A stretch of DNA of 62,006 bases from a virus (Duplodnaviria; Caudoviricetes). A model generated the notes under the pieces. That model saw nothing but the letters and a program-made list of their open reading frames with translations, did not search any database and was not told where the DNA came from. Each line of letters opens with the position of its first letter. Position 1 is the stretch's first letter. Position numbers and translations under genes: made by a program. Shown piece by piece: positions 9,849 through 18,802 of the stretch. The stretch covers positions 1 through 62,006 of the IMG/VR virus record IMGVR_UViG_3300028394_000083. One strand, given 5' to 3'.

Positions 9849-10487
9849 ATGGCTATCGATGACAAATACAAAAAAGAGGATCTTATTAGATTAATTTTTA
9901 CTGAAAATAAATCATATAGAGAGATTGGTAGGATTTACTCGGTTAGTGACACATATATAAAAAAAGTCGCTAATAAATTAGGTATTAGTTTAAAAAAAAG
10001 AAAAAATTTACCTGATGGGTTTAAACCACACAATTATGGAAATTTAAAAAAAAATAATTGTAAAAATTGTAACAAAGAATTTATACCTTACAATAAAAAA
10101 CATTTATCCTGTTCAATGGCATGCGATAATGAACATAAGGTTTTAAAAAAATATGAAGATTATTTAGAAAACCAAGAAAAGTATTGTTATGATAGGGACA
10201 TGAGGTTTTTAAAAAAACACATACTAAATGAACAAAATAGTGGTTGCGGTGTTTGTGGTATAAAAAATATATGGAACGAAAAAGAATTAATTTTTGTGTT
10301 GGATCATATAGATGGAGACGCATCAAATAATATGAGAAATAACTTACGTTTAGTTTGTCATAATTGTGATTCACAATTAGATACATATAAATCAAAAAAT
10401 AAAAACTCAGCAAGGAAAGATAGATATATTAAAAATTATAAAAACAATGGAAAACACCTTAGAACAATTACACCAAGAATTTATTAA
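9849..10487 (+). CDS. HNH endonuclease
   Basis: CGVC...LDHIDGDASNN...NLRLVCHNCDS. Confidence 0.88.
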   Translation: MAIDDKYKKEDLIRLIFTENKSYREIGRIYSVSDTYIKKVANKLGISLKKRKNLPDGFKPHNYGNLKKNNCKNCNKEFIPYNKKHLSCSMACDNEHKVLKKYEDYLENQEKYCYDRDMRFLKKHILNEQNSGCGVCGIKNIWNEKELIFVLDHIDGDASNNMRNNLRLVCHNCDSQLDTYKSKNKNSARKDRYIKNYKNNGKHLRTITPRIY

Positions 10488-10565
10488 TTCAGAAGAGTAT
10501 ATAAAATATTTAAAAGAACTTGATGAATATTCGGAAAAATATGTATCTTTGTAAAAACAATACAT

Positions 10566-10865
10566 ATGAACAAAGAAATGATCTCCCTATTTTTCTCAAT
10601 GACTCACGAATCTGACGAACTACTTGAAGTATTCAATAAGAAACAACTATTAGATTTTTACATCAATGGATGTGAGTTAAGACTTCGTATGGAAGGTCGT
10701 TTGGAGAATTTTGAAAAGTTTAATAAAGAAACGGGTGTTGAGTTCAGTGCTTTGATCTCAAACAAATTTCACTTGGCAAAACAACTTAACGTTTTAAAAA
10801 ACGCATTAGAAAAACTTGGAGTAAAAGGAATTGAAGAAAACCAATACATAATATTAAATAATTAA
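10566..10865 (+). CDS. hypothetical protein
   Basis: ORF preceded by TATCTTTG at 10544. Confidence 0.7.
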   Translation: MNKEMISLFFSMTHESDELLEVFNKKQLLDFYINGCELRLRMEGRLENFEKFNKETGVEFSALISNKFHLAKQLNVLKNALEKLGVKGIEENQYIILNN

Positions 10866-11155
10866 TGAAAACATTCAAAGACATAGAATTTAAACCACAC
10901 TCTTTTGGTGAAGGGTTACACGGACTATTATTTTTTCCTAATGGATACGGTGTATCTGTTGTTAGGTATAAAAATCCAATAAGCGAAACGTATAGTTCAT
11001 ACACATCCAACGAGGATGAATGGGAAGTTGCCGTATTATACGGAGACGAAAACGAATGGAATATCACTTACAATACACATATAACAGATGATGTTATAGG
11101 TCACTTATCGGAAGGTGGGGTTGAACAAATAATTACGTTAGTTCAGGATTTATAA
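10865..11155 (+). CDS. hypothetical phage protein
   Basis: Stop/start overlap with upstream gene; FPNGYGVSVV...WEVAVL motif. Confidence 0.75.
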   Translation: MKTFKDIEFKPHSFGEGLHGLLFFPNGYGVSVVRYKNPISETYSSYTSNEDEWEVAVLYGDENEWNITYNTHITDDVIGHLSEGGVEQIITLVQDL

Positions 11156-11271
11156 ATTAAGATATTTATAAATAACCTCTCAGGGATTTTGATATTTTTA
11201 CCCTTTTGTCTAATACTCGGCCGTAAAAGCAATAAAGAAAAAATAGATCGGTAGTTGAGAACAACAAAGGA

Positions 11272-11332
11272 ATCCGTGTGGTGTAATTGGTTAGCATAAT
11301 TTTTGGTGTGGGTTTGATTCCCGCCACGGTTT
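11272..11332 (+). pseudogene. tRNA-like element lacking the anticodon arm
   Basis: Acceptor ccgtg/cacgg, D arm, and T arm gtggg-tttgatt-cccgc; only about 10 nt between D and T arms. Confidence 0.55.
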
Positions 11333-11363
11333 CTTTTTTTAGTCTTTGATGTATTTATTATGT

Positions 11364-12323
11364 ATGGGATTAGAGTTTAAACAAATATGGAAGACCTCAA
11401 GGACATTAGCGGGGATAGTTAAAGAAGAATCTAACGATAAAGTCATTACAAAAGGTAAAATTAAATCAATTGCAACCTCTGACCATTTCGGTCAAGTCTT
11501 ATTATCAACAGCCAAAACTTTAGCTGATAAAATAAAAATCCTACAAACAACTTGGTTTATAATCAATAGACCGAATTACACGCCAGAAAAAATATATAAA
11601 ATCATAAACGACTTCTATGTTTTAGAGGTTGATTTCTATGTTGAAGAAACAACAAAAACTGAAACGTGTGGTGAATGTGATAATGGGTATGTTGAATGTA
11701 ATAGTTGTGACGGGGATGGTAAACAAGATTGTAGGTATTGTGATGGTGAAGGAACTCTAGAGTGCGATACTTGTGATGGTGAAGGAACCCAAGACTGTAG
11801 GTATTGTGATGGTAAAGGAACTGAAACTGAAACAGAAGAAGATGATGAAGGTGAAGAAGTTGAAGTTGAAGTAGAATGTGTTCATTGTGATGGTGGAGGT
11901 AAGGAATACTGTCGTGATTGTGGTGGACAAGGAAATTTTGAATGTGATACTTGTGACGGTGAAGGAACCGAAGGATGCGATGAATGTGGAAGTACAGGGT
12001 TCGAAGGATGTGGTGAATGTGGTGGAAGTGGAGACGTTGAAAGTTATGAATCATATTATAGTATTGAAAGAACCTTTATGGTTGTGAATGGAGATTCTAT
12101 GCAGAAATACATAGACAAACCATTAACAAAAGATGTGTTTGATGATATTGAAGGCGAAGATCCGGCTTTTGATTTTTATATGATATTAAAAAGACAAGAT
12201 TATATGAGTGATAATACGGCAGAAGATGAAAGGGAGAACAACGAAATGGAAGATGATTTTGTAATAGTACAAGATTTGATAAAACTTGAAGATTCAAATC
12301 TAAGAGTACCCGGACTTTCCTAA
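11364..12323 (+). CDS. DnaJ-type cysteine-rich zinc-finger protein
   Basis: Ten CxxC motifs, most CxxCxGxG; no J domain or HPD motif. Confidence 0.8.
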   Translation: MGLEFKQIWKTSRTLAGIVKEESNDKVITKGKIKSIATSDHFGQVLLSTAKTLADKIKILQTTWFIINRPNYTPEKIYKIINDFYVLEVDFYVEETTKTETCGECDNGYVECNSCDGDGKQDCRYCDGEGTLECDTCDGEGTQDCRYCDGKGTETETEEDDEGEEVEVEVECVHCDGGGKEYCRDCGGQGNFECDTCDGEGTEGCDECGSTGFEGCGECGGSGDVESYESYYSIERTFMVVNGDSMQKYIDKPLTKDVFDDIEGEDPAFDFYMILKRQDYMSDNTAEDERENNEMEDDFVIVQDLIKLEDSNLRVPGLS

Positions 12324-12353
12324 CCATTAACATATTTATTAATAAAAACAATA

Positions 12354-12851
12354 ATGAAAAGAATAATTAGACTTACAGAATCAGATTTAGCAAGAATTGT
12401 TAGACGTGTGATTAAAGAAAACGAAGAAGAATTTGACACACAAAGTTTTTTTGATGCTCAGTTTATAATTTTAAAAGAGTTTTTAACAAATTTGGGTTAT
12501 ATTTACATGGATGGTGAAAAACCACCTTATTCTAAAAAAGGAAGATTAGGTGTTTTTGAAAAAATTTCACATACGGAATCCGGCGAAAATGAACCTGGAA
12601 CAAGTGGGTTAAAAGATGACTATTTATTTAGGGTAAAAATAGAGTTGGATTATAATATTTACGGAACAAGAGAAAATAAGTCGTCTATTTCTATATCTAA
12701 GTTTACATATGGTGATTCTGATTGGAAAGTTTTAGTCAATTCAAATGTACCTTGGGTATTAGGTAAACCTAATTATACAAAAATATTACAAGAGTTCAAA
12801 AAAATGGGTGAAGAAGCGCCAGGACTTTATTGTGAATTTAATAAATGTTAA
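12354..12851 (+). CDS. leader-bearing hypothetical protein
   Basis: MKRIIRLTESDLARIVRRVIKE start; TATTTAT at 12333. Confidence 0.8.
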   Translation: MKRIIRLTESDLARIVRRVIKENEEEFDTQSFFDAQFIILKEFLTNLGYIYMDGEKPPYSKKGRLGVFEKISHTESGENEPGTSGLKDDYLFRVKIELDYNIYGTRENKSSISISKFTYGDSDWKVLVNSNVPWVLGKPNYTKILQEFKKMGEEAPGLYCEFNKC

Positions 12852-12861
12852 TAAAAAAATA

Positions 12862-13101
12862 ATGAAAAAAACCATAAGACTTACAGAATCAGATTTAGCA
12901 AGAATTGTTAGACGAACATTAAAAGAAGACAAGGATAAAAATCCACTTTATAACGATATAAAAGATCTTTTACGGGATTCATACGAATCAAAAGAATCTA
13001 AAGTTTATATGTTAAGACAAATTGCTGACGAAATAGAAAGTGATATGAAATTAAGAAACGATGTTTCAAAAAGATGGTCAAAAGAAAAAGAGGGCCGATA
13101 A
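12862..13101 (+). CDS. leader-bearing hypothetical protein
   Basis: MKKTIRLTESDLARIVRRTLKE start. Confidence 0.8.
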   Translation: MKKTIRLTESDLARIVRRTLKEDKDKNPLYNDIKDLLRDSYESKESKVYMLRQIADEIESDMKLRNDVSKRWSKEKEGR

Positions 13102-13121
13102 ATAGATTTTAATAGATAATA

Positions 13122-13655
13122 ATGAAAAGAATAATTAGACTTACAGAATCGGATTTAGCAAGAATTGTTAGACGAGTGATTAAAGAAAACGAAGAAGAAT
13201 GGATTTCACAATCTGAAGATATGGAATCGGATGTCGATTTTTCAAAAATGGAACTTGAACAAAGTAGTAAAGAGGCTACAGAACAATTAAGTCCTGAAGA
13301 GCAAGATATGTTACGTGATTTTATAGAAAGTAACGGCATTGAATCTTTACAATCAATAGTTAAAGATTCTTTGGAGTCTGTATTGACGGAAGAGGATGAA
13401 AATGAAATGGGTGATAATGAATACGAAATAAGAAGTATTATTGATAAAATTATTGGTTATAGTTCAGTTGGTGCCGCATTAGCGATTGTTCCGGCAGCAA
13501 TGTTTATAAGTGGTGGAATTGCTGCTGCTTTAGGTGTTTATGCTTTAGCAAGTAATACTCTTAGAGACGCAGCTTGGTTTAAAAGAAAAGGTTATGATAA
13601 ATACCAATCAGGACACCATTACGGAAAGTCCGATAAAAGTAGAAATAATAGATAA
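13122..13655 (+). CDS. leader-bearing protein with hydrophobic hairpin
   Basis: Same leader; acidic middle; Ala/Gly-rich hydrophobic segment. Confidence 0.8.
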   Translation: MKRIIRLTESDLARIVRRVIKENEEEWISQSEDMESDVDFSKMELEQSSKEATEQLSPEEQDMLRDFIESNGIESLQSIVKDSLESVLTEEDENEMGDNEYEIRSIIDKIIGYSSVGAALAIVPAAMFISGGIAAALGVYALASNTLRDAAWFKRKGYDKYQSGHHYGKSDKSRNNR

Positions 13656-13657
13656 TC

Positions 13658-14005
13658 ATGAAAAGAATAATTAGACTTACAGAATCAGATTTAGCAAGAA
13701 TTGTTAGACGAACCATTAATGAAAACATGGATAACGACACCGCATTAAATGTTTATAGAAAATTAAAACATAACGGTGAAATTATGGACGAAACGTATAA
13801 AAAAATTAAAAATATTAGAGAAGATCTTGATATGTTGGTAACGAGACATGTTAGAGGTGGAACTGCTGATACTATATTTGATAATAACAAAAGAACGCCT
13901 AGAGAAGTTTCTGATAATGTCCAACAACTATCTAGAAAAATAAATGAACTTGAAGGACTTTTAGATCAATACAAAAGATTTGTTAAAGGATCGATATCTA
14001 ATTAA
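13658..14005 (+). CDS. leader-bearing hypothetical protein
   Basis: MKRIIRLTESDLARIVRRTINE start. Confidence 0.8.
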   Translation: MKRIIRLTESDLARIVRRTINENMDNDTALNVYRKLKHNGEIMDETYKKIKNIREDLDMLVTRHVRGGTADTIFDNNKRTPREVSDNVQQLSRKINELEGLLDQYKRFVKGSISN

Positions 14006-14024
14006 AATATTAAATGAAAAAATA

Positions 14025-14750
14025 ATGAAAAGAATAATAAGACTTACAGAATCGGATTTAGCAAGAATTGTTAGACGTGTGATTAAAGAAAACGAATATG
14101 AAGAAGATGAATATGACGAAGATGACGAAGATTATAAAGCATTTATAGATTCATATAGTGATGAACCTATAAATACCCCTAAAACACGAATGGCCGATTT
14201 TAATGAACCATACGATTCAATTGGAGGACATTCCGTAAACGATTTAAAAAGGGCGTTTAATAAGACGAAGAGGGAAGATGAAGAGTGGGGACAAACAGAC
14301 GCAGGTAAACAACAATCACAGGACTTAATTAATATGGCAATAGATATATTAGAAGACGAATACGGTTATGATGGGGATGAACTTAACGAAATGAATGAGA
14401 TGGATATTGTTGAATCTTTATATGAAGAGGGCGAAGACGATTTGGCATCACAAATAGAATACCTATTAGATGAAGAAGGTATTGGTGAAAGAAGTGGAGG
14501 TGAATTAGGTGAGGGTTTTGATGATGATCTTACCAAACGTAGATTTAAAGATTATAATCCGGCTAACTTTAGAAGAATACCAAAAGACGCATTAAGAACA
14601 GGAATGAGAGACTTTGAAGGAACGGAGTTAATGGGTGCTGAAGAAGATCCATTTGACGACTATAAAGATCTAAGTATGTATAACCCATATTATGGTACGA
14701 ATGATGATGATTTTGAAGATGAAGACTTTGACGACGAAGAATTTGTATAA
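14025..14750 (+). CDS. leader-bearing highly acidic protein
   Basis: Same leader; D/E-rich body. Confidence 0.8.
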   Translation: MKRIIRLTESDLARIVRRVIKENEYEEDEYDEDDEDYKAFIDSYSDEPINTPKTRMADFNEPYDSIGGHSVNDLKRAFNKTKREDEEWGQTDAGKQQSQDLINMAIDILEDEYGYDGDELNEMNEMDIVESLYEEGEDDLASQIEYLLDEEGIGERSGGELGEGFDDDLTKRRFKDYNPANFRRIPKDALRTGMRDFEGTELMGAEEDPFDDYKDLSMYNPYYGTNDDDFEDEDFDDEEFV

Positions 14751-14769
14751 TTAAAAATAATAAAAACAC

Positions 14770-14838
14770 TTGTCAATTTAAAAAAAATACCTATATTTGT
14801 AGGGTAATTAAAACTTTTAGAAAAAACTATATATTTAT
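14770..14838 (+). promoter_or_regulatory. tandem promoters for leader 1 and tRNA array 1
   Basis: TTG at 14770 with TATATTTG at 14792-14799 (host type); TATTTAT at 14832 (phage type). Confidence 0.65.
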
Positions 14839-14844
14839 AACAAG

Positions 14845-14955
14845 ATGAAAACAACTAATAAACATATGAACATTTGTAACCCGAGCATTCAGTGGTCGTT
14901 TAACGTGTATCGTACGCTTAAGTCGCATATTAGGGCATTTTCATTTATGAGTTGA
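14845..14955 (+). CDS. putative attenuator leader peptide 1 (36 aa)
   Basis: MKTTNKHMNICNPSIQWSFNVYRTLKSHIRAFSFMS; lies between promoter and terminator; codons mirror the downstream tRNAs. Confidence 0.75.
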   Translation: MKTTNKHMNICNPSIQWSFNVYRTLKSHIRAFSFMS

Positions 14956-14986
14956 TAAAGATTAACAAAAATAAAAAGGAATATAA

Positions 14987-15017
14987 GACCCGAACTAAAA
15001 ACAGTTCGGGTTTTTTT
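14987..15017 (+). terminator. attenuator terminator upstream of tRNA array 1
   Basis: gacccgaact-aaaaac-agttcgggtt with T7, ending 14 nt before tRNA-Thr. Confidence 0.88.
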
Positions 15018-15031
15018 ATACCCAAAAATTT

Positions 15032-15104
15032 GGTTCCTTAGTATAGTTTGGTAATATCCCGGCTTTGTAACCCGGAGTCATCAGTTCGACCCTGATAGGA
15101 ACCT
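15032..15104 (+). tRNA. tRNA-Thr(TGT)
   Basis: Cloverleaf; loop tttgtaa. Confidence 0.85.
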
Positions 15105-15118
15105 CAAAAAAAGAAAAA

Positions 15119-15130
15119 GTTCTTTGACAT
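15119..15130 (+). promoter_or_regulatory. boxA-like element
   Basis: GTTCTTTGACAT. Confidence 0.65.
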
Positions 15131-15144
15131 ATTGGCTTCATTAA

Positions 15145-15228
15145 GGAGAGATAATCACAGCGGCTTGTGACACCGTCTTGAAAACGGTTGGTACTGAAAG
15201 GTATGGGGATCGGCACCTCATCTCTCCT
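15145..15228 (+). tRNA. tRNA-Ser(TGA)
   Basis: accgt-cttgaaa-acggt; long variable arm. Confidence 0.85.
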
Positions 15229-15236
15229 CTGTAAAT

Positions 15237-15321
15237 TGCGGGGTAGACGAATTAGGCAAAGTCACCAGGTTTTGACCCTGGAGGTAAATTACCATTGGAG
15301 GTTCGATCCCTCCCCCCGTAG
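15237..15321 (+). tRNA. tRNA-Gln(TTG) with long variable arm
   Basis: ccagg-ttttgac-cctgg; extra arm ggt-aaatt-acc. Confidence 0.82.
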
Positions 15322-15332
15322 CAAAAAAATAA

Positions 15333-15403
15333 CGAGTGTGTGGTGTAATGGTTGCACAGGATGTTTGGGACATTCGGGAGACGTTCGATTCGTACACATT
15401 CGA
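15333..15403 (+). tRNA. tRNA-Pro(TGG)
   Basis: ggatg-tttggga-cattc; short T stem. Confidence 0.75.
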
Positions 15404-15465
15404 CAATCGTATAAAAAGATTTTGACTAAAAGTGATTTTTACGACAAATACAAATATTTATTAAT

Positions 15466-15999
15466 ATGGAGATAGATATTATAAAAAACAGTAAAACAAA
15501 ATCACAAGCAGTTCGTTCTATATATGGATACGATAATGGGACATCAAGAAGAAAGTTTGAAAAACTTATTAAAGAAAATGAGATTGATATTTCACATTTA
15601 ACTAAACAACCTTTTATCTATGAAAGAAAAATAAAAGATTGTCCTGTTTGCGGAAATAAATTTGAAACAATGGTTAATCATAAACGAGAAAAAACTACCT
15701 GTTCATACTCTTGTTCAAACACGTATTTTAGATCAGGAGAAAATAACCCAAATTATGGTAATTTGTCAGGGGAAAAAAATCATTACAGAAGAATCTGTTT
15801 TGAATACCATAAAAAAGAATGTGTTGTCTGCGGAGAAAATAAAATAGTTTCAGTACATCATTATGATGAAAACCATAATAACAACTCAATTGATAATTTA
15901 ATACCTTTATGTCCGACACATCATCAGTACGTTCATTCAAGATATAAAGATGAGGTTATAGAAAAAATTGATGATTATAGAAATAAAATAAACAAATAA
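15466..15999 (+). CDS. HNH endonuclease
   Basis: CVVC...VHHYDENHNNN...NLIPLCPTHH. Confidence 0.88.
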   Translation: MEIDIIKNSKTKSQAVRSIYGYDNGTSRRKFEKLIKENEIDISHLTKQPFIYERKIKDCPVCGNKFETMVNHKREKTTCSYSCSNTYFRSGENNPNYGNLSGEKNHYRRICFEYHKKECVVCGENKIVSVHHYDENHNNNSIDNLIPLCPTHHQYVHSRYKDEVIEKIDDYRNKINK

Positions 16000-16039
16000 A
16001 AATAAGTGTTATGGAAAGTGACAAGTATGACAAACAGAA

Positions 16040-16112
16040 CCCCTCGTAGCTTAGTCGGGAAAGCACCATACTTTTAATATGGGGAGAGTCGGATCGTAAC
16101 CGGCCGGGGGGA
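16040..16112 (+). tRNA. tRNA-Lys(TTT)
   Basis: ccata-cttttaa-tatgg. Confidence 0.88.
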
Positions 16113-16182
16113 CAAAAAAAATTTAGTAAAAAAGAACGATAATTACCAAAAAATGGTTATCTTCGTTCCAAGAAACTAAAAC

Positions 16183-16256
16183 ACACTCTTAGCTCAGATG
16201 GTAGTAGCGGTAGTATTACAAACTACAGGTCACAGGTTCGATCCCTGTAGAGTGTA
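16183..16256 (+). tRNA. tRNA-Val(TAC)
   Basis: gtagt-attacaa-actac. Confidence 0.88.
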
Positions 16257-16260
16257 CAAA

Positions 16261-16341
16261 GGGTACCAAAAGTCGTTCGGATACGGCAGCGAAACTGTAA
16301 ATTTCGTCCTCACGGGAGTGGTTCGAGTCCACTGGGACCCA
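16261..16341 (+). tRNA. tRNA-Tyr(GTA)
   Basis: cgaaa-ctgtaaa-tttcg; variable arm present. Confidence 0.82.
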
Positions 16342-16349
16342 CAATAAAT

Positions 16350-16422
16350 GGACAAGTAGCTCAATTGGTAGAGCAATCGGCTGTTAACCGATAGGTTGTA
16401 GGATCGTACCCTTCCTTGTCCG
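16350..16422 (+). tRNA. tRNA-Asn(GTT)
   Basis: atcgg-ctgttaa-ccgat. Confidence 0.9.
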
Positions 16423-16428
16423 CAATAA

Positions 16429-16501
16429 GTTCACGTAGCTCAATTGGTAGAGTGTTTGTCTGATACGCAAAAGGTAATGGGATCGTAACCCGTCGTGAAC
16501 A
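16429..16501 (+). tRNA. tRNA-Ile(GAT)
   Basis: tttgt-ctgatac-gcaaa. Confidence 0.9.
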
Positions 16502-16558
16502 CAAAAAGGGGAGTAACTTGTGTGGGTGCCCTAACTACTGCAGGAGTACCACACTCTA

Positions 16559-16645
16559 TGGAAGATAAACCTTGATGGAGATAGGGTCCGCCTGCTAAGC
16601 GAGACGTACCCGTAAGGGTATTTGGTTCGATTCCAATGTCTTCCT
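16559..16645 (+). tRNA. tRNA-Ser(GCT)
   Basis: Loop ctgctaa; variable arm taccc-gtaa-gggta. Confidence 0.82.
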
Positions 16646-16751
16646 CGATTAAAATCCGGAAATTTTCCGGATAGGATGACTTTTTTTCCGGATAGACATC
16701 TACAATTGAATAATCTATTAGGAAAATTTCCGGATAGATATAAAACAACAA

Positions 16752-16819
16752 CCCGTATGATCAGGGATCAAAGTTGGCTCATATCCGACTTGAGGTTGGT
16801 TCAAGTCCAACATACGGGA
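16752..16819 (+). tRNA. tRNA(CAT), elongator Met or Ile2, with minimal D arm
   Basis: gttgg-ctcatat-ccgac; perfect acceptor and T arms; 68 nt. Confidence 0.75.
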
Positions 16820-16826
16820 CTTATAT

Positions 16827-16900
16827 GGTGTATGTAGCTCAGTTGGTAGAGTGCCGTTCTGTGAAAGCGGAGGTCGTGGGATCGTGACCCATCATACACA
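16827..16900 (+). tRNA. tRNA-His(GTG)
   Basis: G-1 present; ccgtt-ctgtgaa-agcgg. Confidence 0.9.
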
Positions 16901-16901
16901 C

Positions 16902-17074
16902 AAAAGATGATAAGAAGCGTAGAATGACAGACGTGGAGAGACGTGTCGTAAGGGTACACACTAAGGATAGGTGTCCAATCTTAATTGTATTGATGTAATA
17001 ACCCAACTCTCTAATGGTGTGTGAAGCTTTGATAGAAGTAGCGGGATTCCTGATAAAGTCATTCATCATCTTTT
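16902..17074 (+). ncRNA. unidentified structured ncRNA within tRNA array 1
   Basis: Closing stems aaaagatgat/atcatctttt and gaatgac/gtcattc. Confidence 0.55.
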
Positions 17075-17116
17075 TTTGACATCCGAAGTCGGTCCCGAGC
17101 TAGGTCGGGCACTACT

Positions 17117-17188
17117 GCAAGACTAGTGTAATGGCTAACACGGATGATTCCAAACCATCAAATTTCTGTTCGACTCGGAAGTTTTGCG
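17117..17188 (+). tRNA. tRNA-Trp(CCA)
   Basis: Loop ttccaaa; cloverleaf. Confidence 0.82.
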
Positions 17189-17260
17189 CAAATTTTTCAA
17201 AAAAAATACATTAGAGTTCGATTTTGTTAAAGTGTGTGATATTTATATATAAAGGGTATT

Positions 17261-18169
17261 ATGTTTATATATAATTGTAAATTTTGTGGGGAAGTTGAAA
17301 TCAAAAGTTCTAAGCACGCGGGATCTCACGTAACTAATTGTTTAAAAAACCCAAATAGAGGTAAGTCATTTGAAAAACTTAAAGTTGCTGGAAAAACTAA
17401 TTCAATCGAAAAAAGAAACGATGCAATTATTAAATACAACAAAAACCCAAAAAAATGTAAGAATTGTGAATTACCAATATCTTACGACAAAAAAAATAAT
17501 AACTACTGCGGACATTCTTGTAGTGCTTCATATACAAATAAAAATAGAAAAACAAAAAAATATCAATTATCTGAAAAGGGATTGGAAAGTTTAAAACTTT
17601 CAGCAGAGAAGAGAAGAAAAAAATTAATAGAATTTTATAAAAAAAATCCAGAAAAGAAAAAACAGATAATAAAAAATTTAATAGAAAAAAACACCAAAAC
17701 AAGAGTTGAATTTATTTGTCCTGTTTGTGGTAAAATCTTAATGGTAACTGAAAATGAATTTAAAAAACGAAAATACTGTGGAGGTACTTGTAGAAATAAA
17801 ATAAATAATAAACAAATTTTTGGTACAAGATCGAAAGCTGAAGTTTATTTGGAAGAAACTTTGAAAAACAAATTTCCAAATTTAATGATGATGTTTAATG
17901 ATAGGGAACTATTAAATGGTAAAGAACTTGATGTTTATATCCCAAGTTTAAATTTAGCAATAGAATGGAATGGAATTTATCATTATAAAAAAATAAGGGA
18001 TGATGAATCTTTTGAAAAAACCACAAATAAAGACAAACAAAAAATATCTGATTGTGTCAAATTGAATATTGAACTATATGTGGTTAAAGATTTAACAAGT
18101 GGTAAGAAATTTATTAAAGAAGAAACAGAAAAAATTATTAAATTTGTAAAACAAAAAATACAAGAGTAG
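17261..18169 (+). CDS. Vsr/DUF559-like PD-(D/E)xK homing endonuclease with Zn fingers
   Basis: SKAE...ELDVYIP...AIEWNGIYH...D; several CxxC motifs. Confidence 0.8.
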   Translation: MFIYNCKFCGEVEIKSSKHAGSHVTNCLKNPNRGKSFEKLKVAGKTNSIEKRNDAIIKYNKNPKKCKNCELPISYDKKNNNYCGHSCSASYTNKNRKTKKYQLSEKGLESLKLSAEKRRKKLIEFYKKNPEKKKQIIKNLIEKNTKTRVEFICPVCGKILMVTENEFKKRKYCGGTCRNKINNKQIFGTRSKAEVYLEETLKNKFPNLMMMFNDRELLNGKELDVYIPSLNLAIEWNGIYHYKKIRDDESFEKTTNKDKQKISDCVKLNIELYVVKDLTSGKKFIKEETEKIIKFVKQKIQE

Positions 18170-18243
18170 TATAATGGTAAAACATTGGGGCCCGCGACCC
18201 CGAAGATACGACGTAGAGTTTGGTTCGATTCCCGTCTCTTGTG
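18160..18243 (+). tRNA. atypical tRNA (anticodon ambiguous CCG/CGC/GCG; possibly Arg)
   Basis: Acceptor acaagag/ctcttgt; arm tgggg-cccgcga-ccccg; weak T stem. Confidence 0.5.
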
Positions 18244-18249
18244 CAAAAA

Positions 18250-18325
18250 GGAACTATGGTGTAAGCATGGTGTGTCACGCTGGACTGAAAATCCAGAGGT
18301 TAGAGTTCGACTCTCTATGGTTCCG
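18250..18325 (+). tRNA. tRNA-Phe(GAA)
   Basis: ctgga-ctgaaaa-tccag. Confidence 0.88.
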
Positions 18326-18341
18326 CAAACAAATAGAAATA

Positions 18342-18797
18342 ATGAACAGAGTATTTAGAACGGTTAACGGTGAAACAATTCCTGATGTGGTAAAACATAC
18401 CTTAGATGTTCTGAAAGAATGTCCCTGGGTGGAAGTACACATCGGTACAGACTCACAAAACCACAGAAGAAGTACCGTGTATGTTACGGTAATAGCTTAT
18501 AGGTATGGGAATAGAGGTGTCCATTATATTCTTCACAAACAAAAAGTGAAAAAAATAAGAGATAAGTGGACACGTCTTTGGAATGAAGCCGATTATTCAA
18601 TTGAGGTTGCCGAATGGTTAACCAAAAAAGTAAAGGTGCAAGTTGAGATTGACTTAGATTATAATAGTCAAGAAAAACATTTCAGTTCAAAATTGGTTCA
18701 ACCAGTTGTTGGGTGGGCAACATCGTTGGGGTATAAAACAAACATTAAACCCGACAATCAAATTGCAACAAAGGCGGCAGATCACCACTGCCGTTAA
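18342..18797 (+). CDS. RNase H-like YkuK/DUF458 family protein
   Basis: IGTDSQ...RLWNEADYS...EIDLDYN...IKPD..ATKAADH; true start at 18342. Confidence 0.8.
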   Translation: MNRVFRTVNGETIPDVVKHTLDVLKECPWVEVHIGTDSQNHRRSTVYVTVIAYRYGNRGVHYILHKQKVKKIRDKWTRLWNEADYSIEVAEWLTKKVKVQVEIDLDYNSQEKHFSSKLVQPVVGWATSLGYKTNIKPDNQIATKAADHHCR

Positions 18798-18802
18798 TAT
18801 AA

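Larger units (their letters stand above)
12354..14090 (+). repeat. five near-identical ~66-nt gene-start repeats
   Basis: Core agacttacagaatc(a/g)gatttagcaagaattgttagacg in genes starting at 12354, 12862, 13122, 13658 and 14025. Confidence 0.92.

Noticed and set aside
11602-12054. His-rich minus-strand ORF
   Set aside because: It is the antisense shadow of the tgtgat/ggt repeats in the zinc-finger gene.
12354-14090. Repeats as a CRISPR array or integron attC sites
   Set aside because: Spacing is hundreds of nt, the repeats are coding gene starts, and there is no attC-like inverted structure or integrase in the window.
14878-14889. aacccgagc complementary to the 3' arm of terminator 1
   Set aside because: It pairs with the last-transcribed arm, so it is unlikely to pre-empt the local hairpin; not used as the antiterminator, though it may contribute.
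15016-17069. Several short ORFs (15016, 15188, 15218, 16440, 16622, 16839)
   Set aside because: They overlap clear tRNA genes.
18174-18341. N-terminal extension of the YkuK-like ORF
   Set aside because: It overlaps two tRNA genes; the real start is the ATG at 18342.
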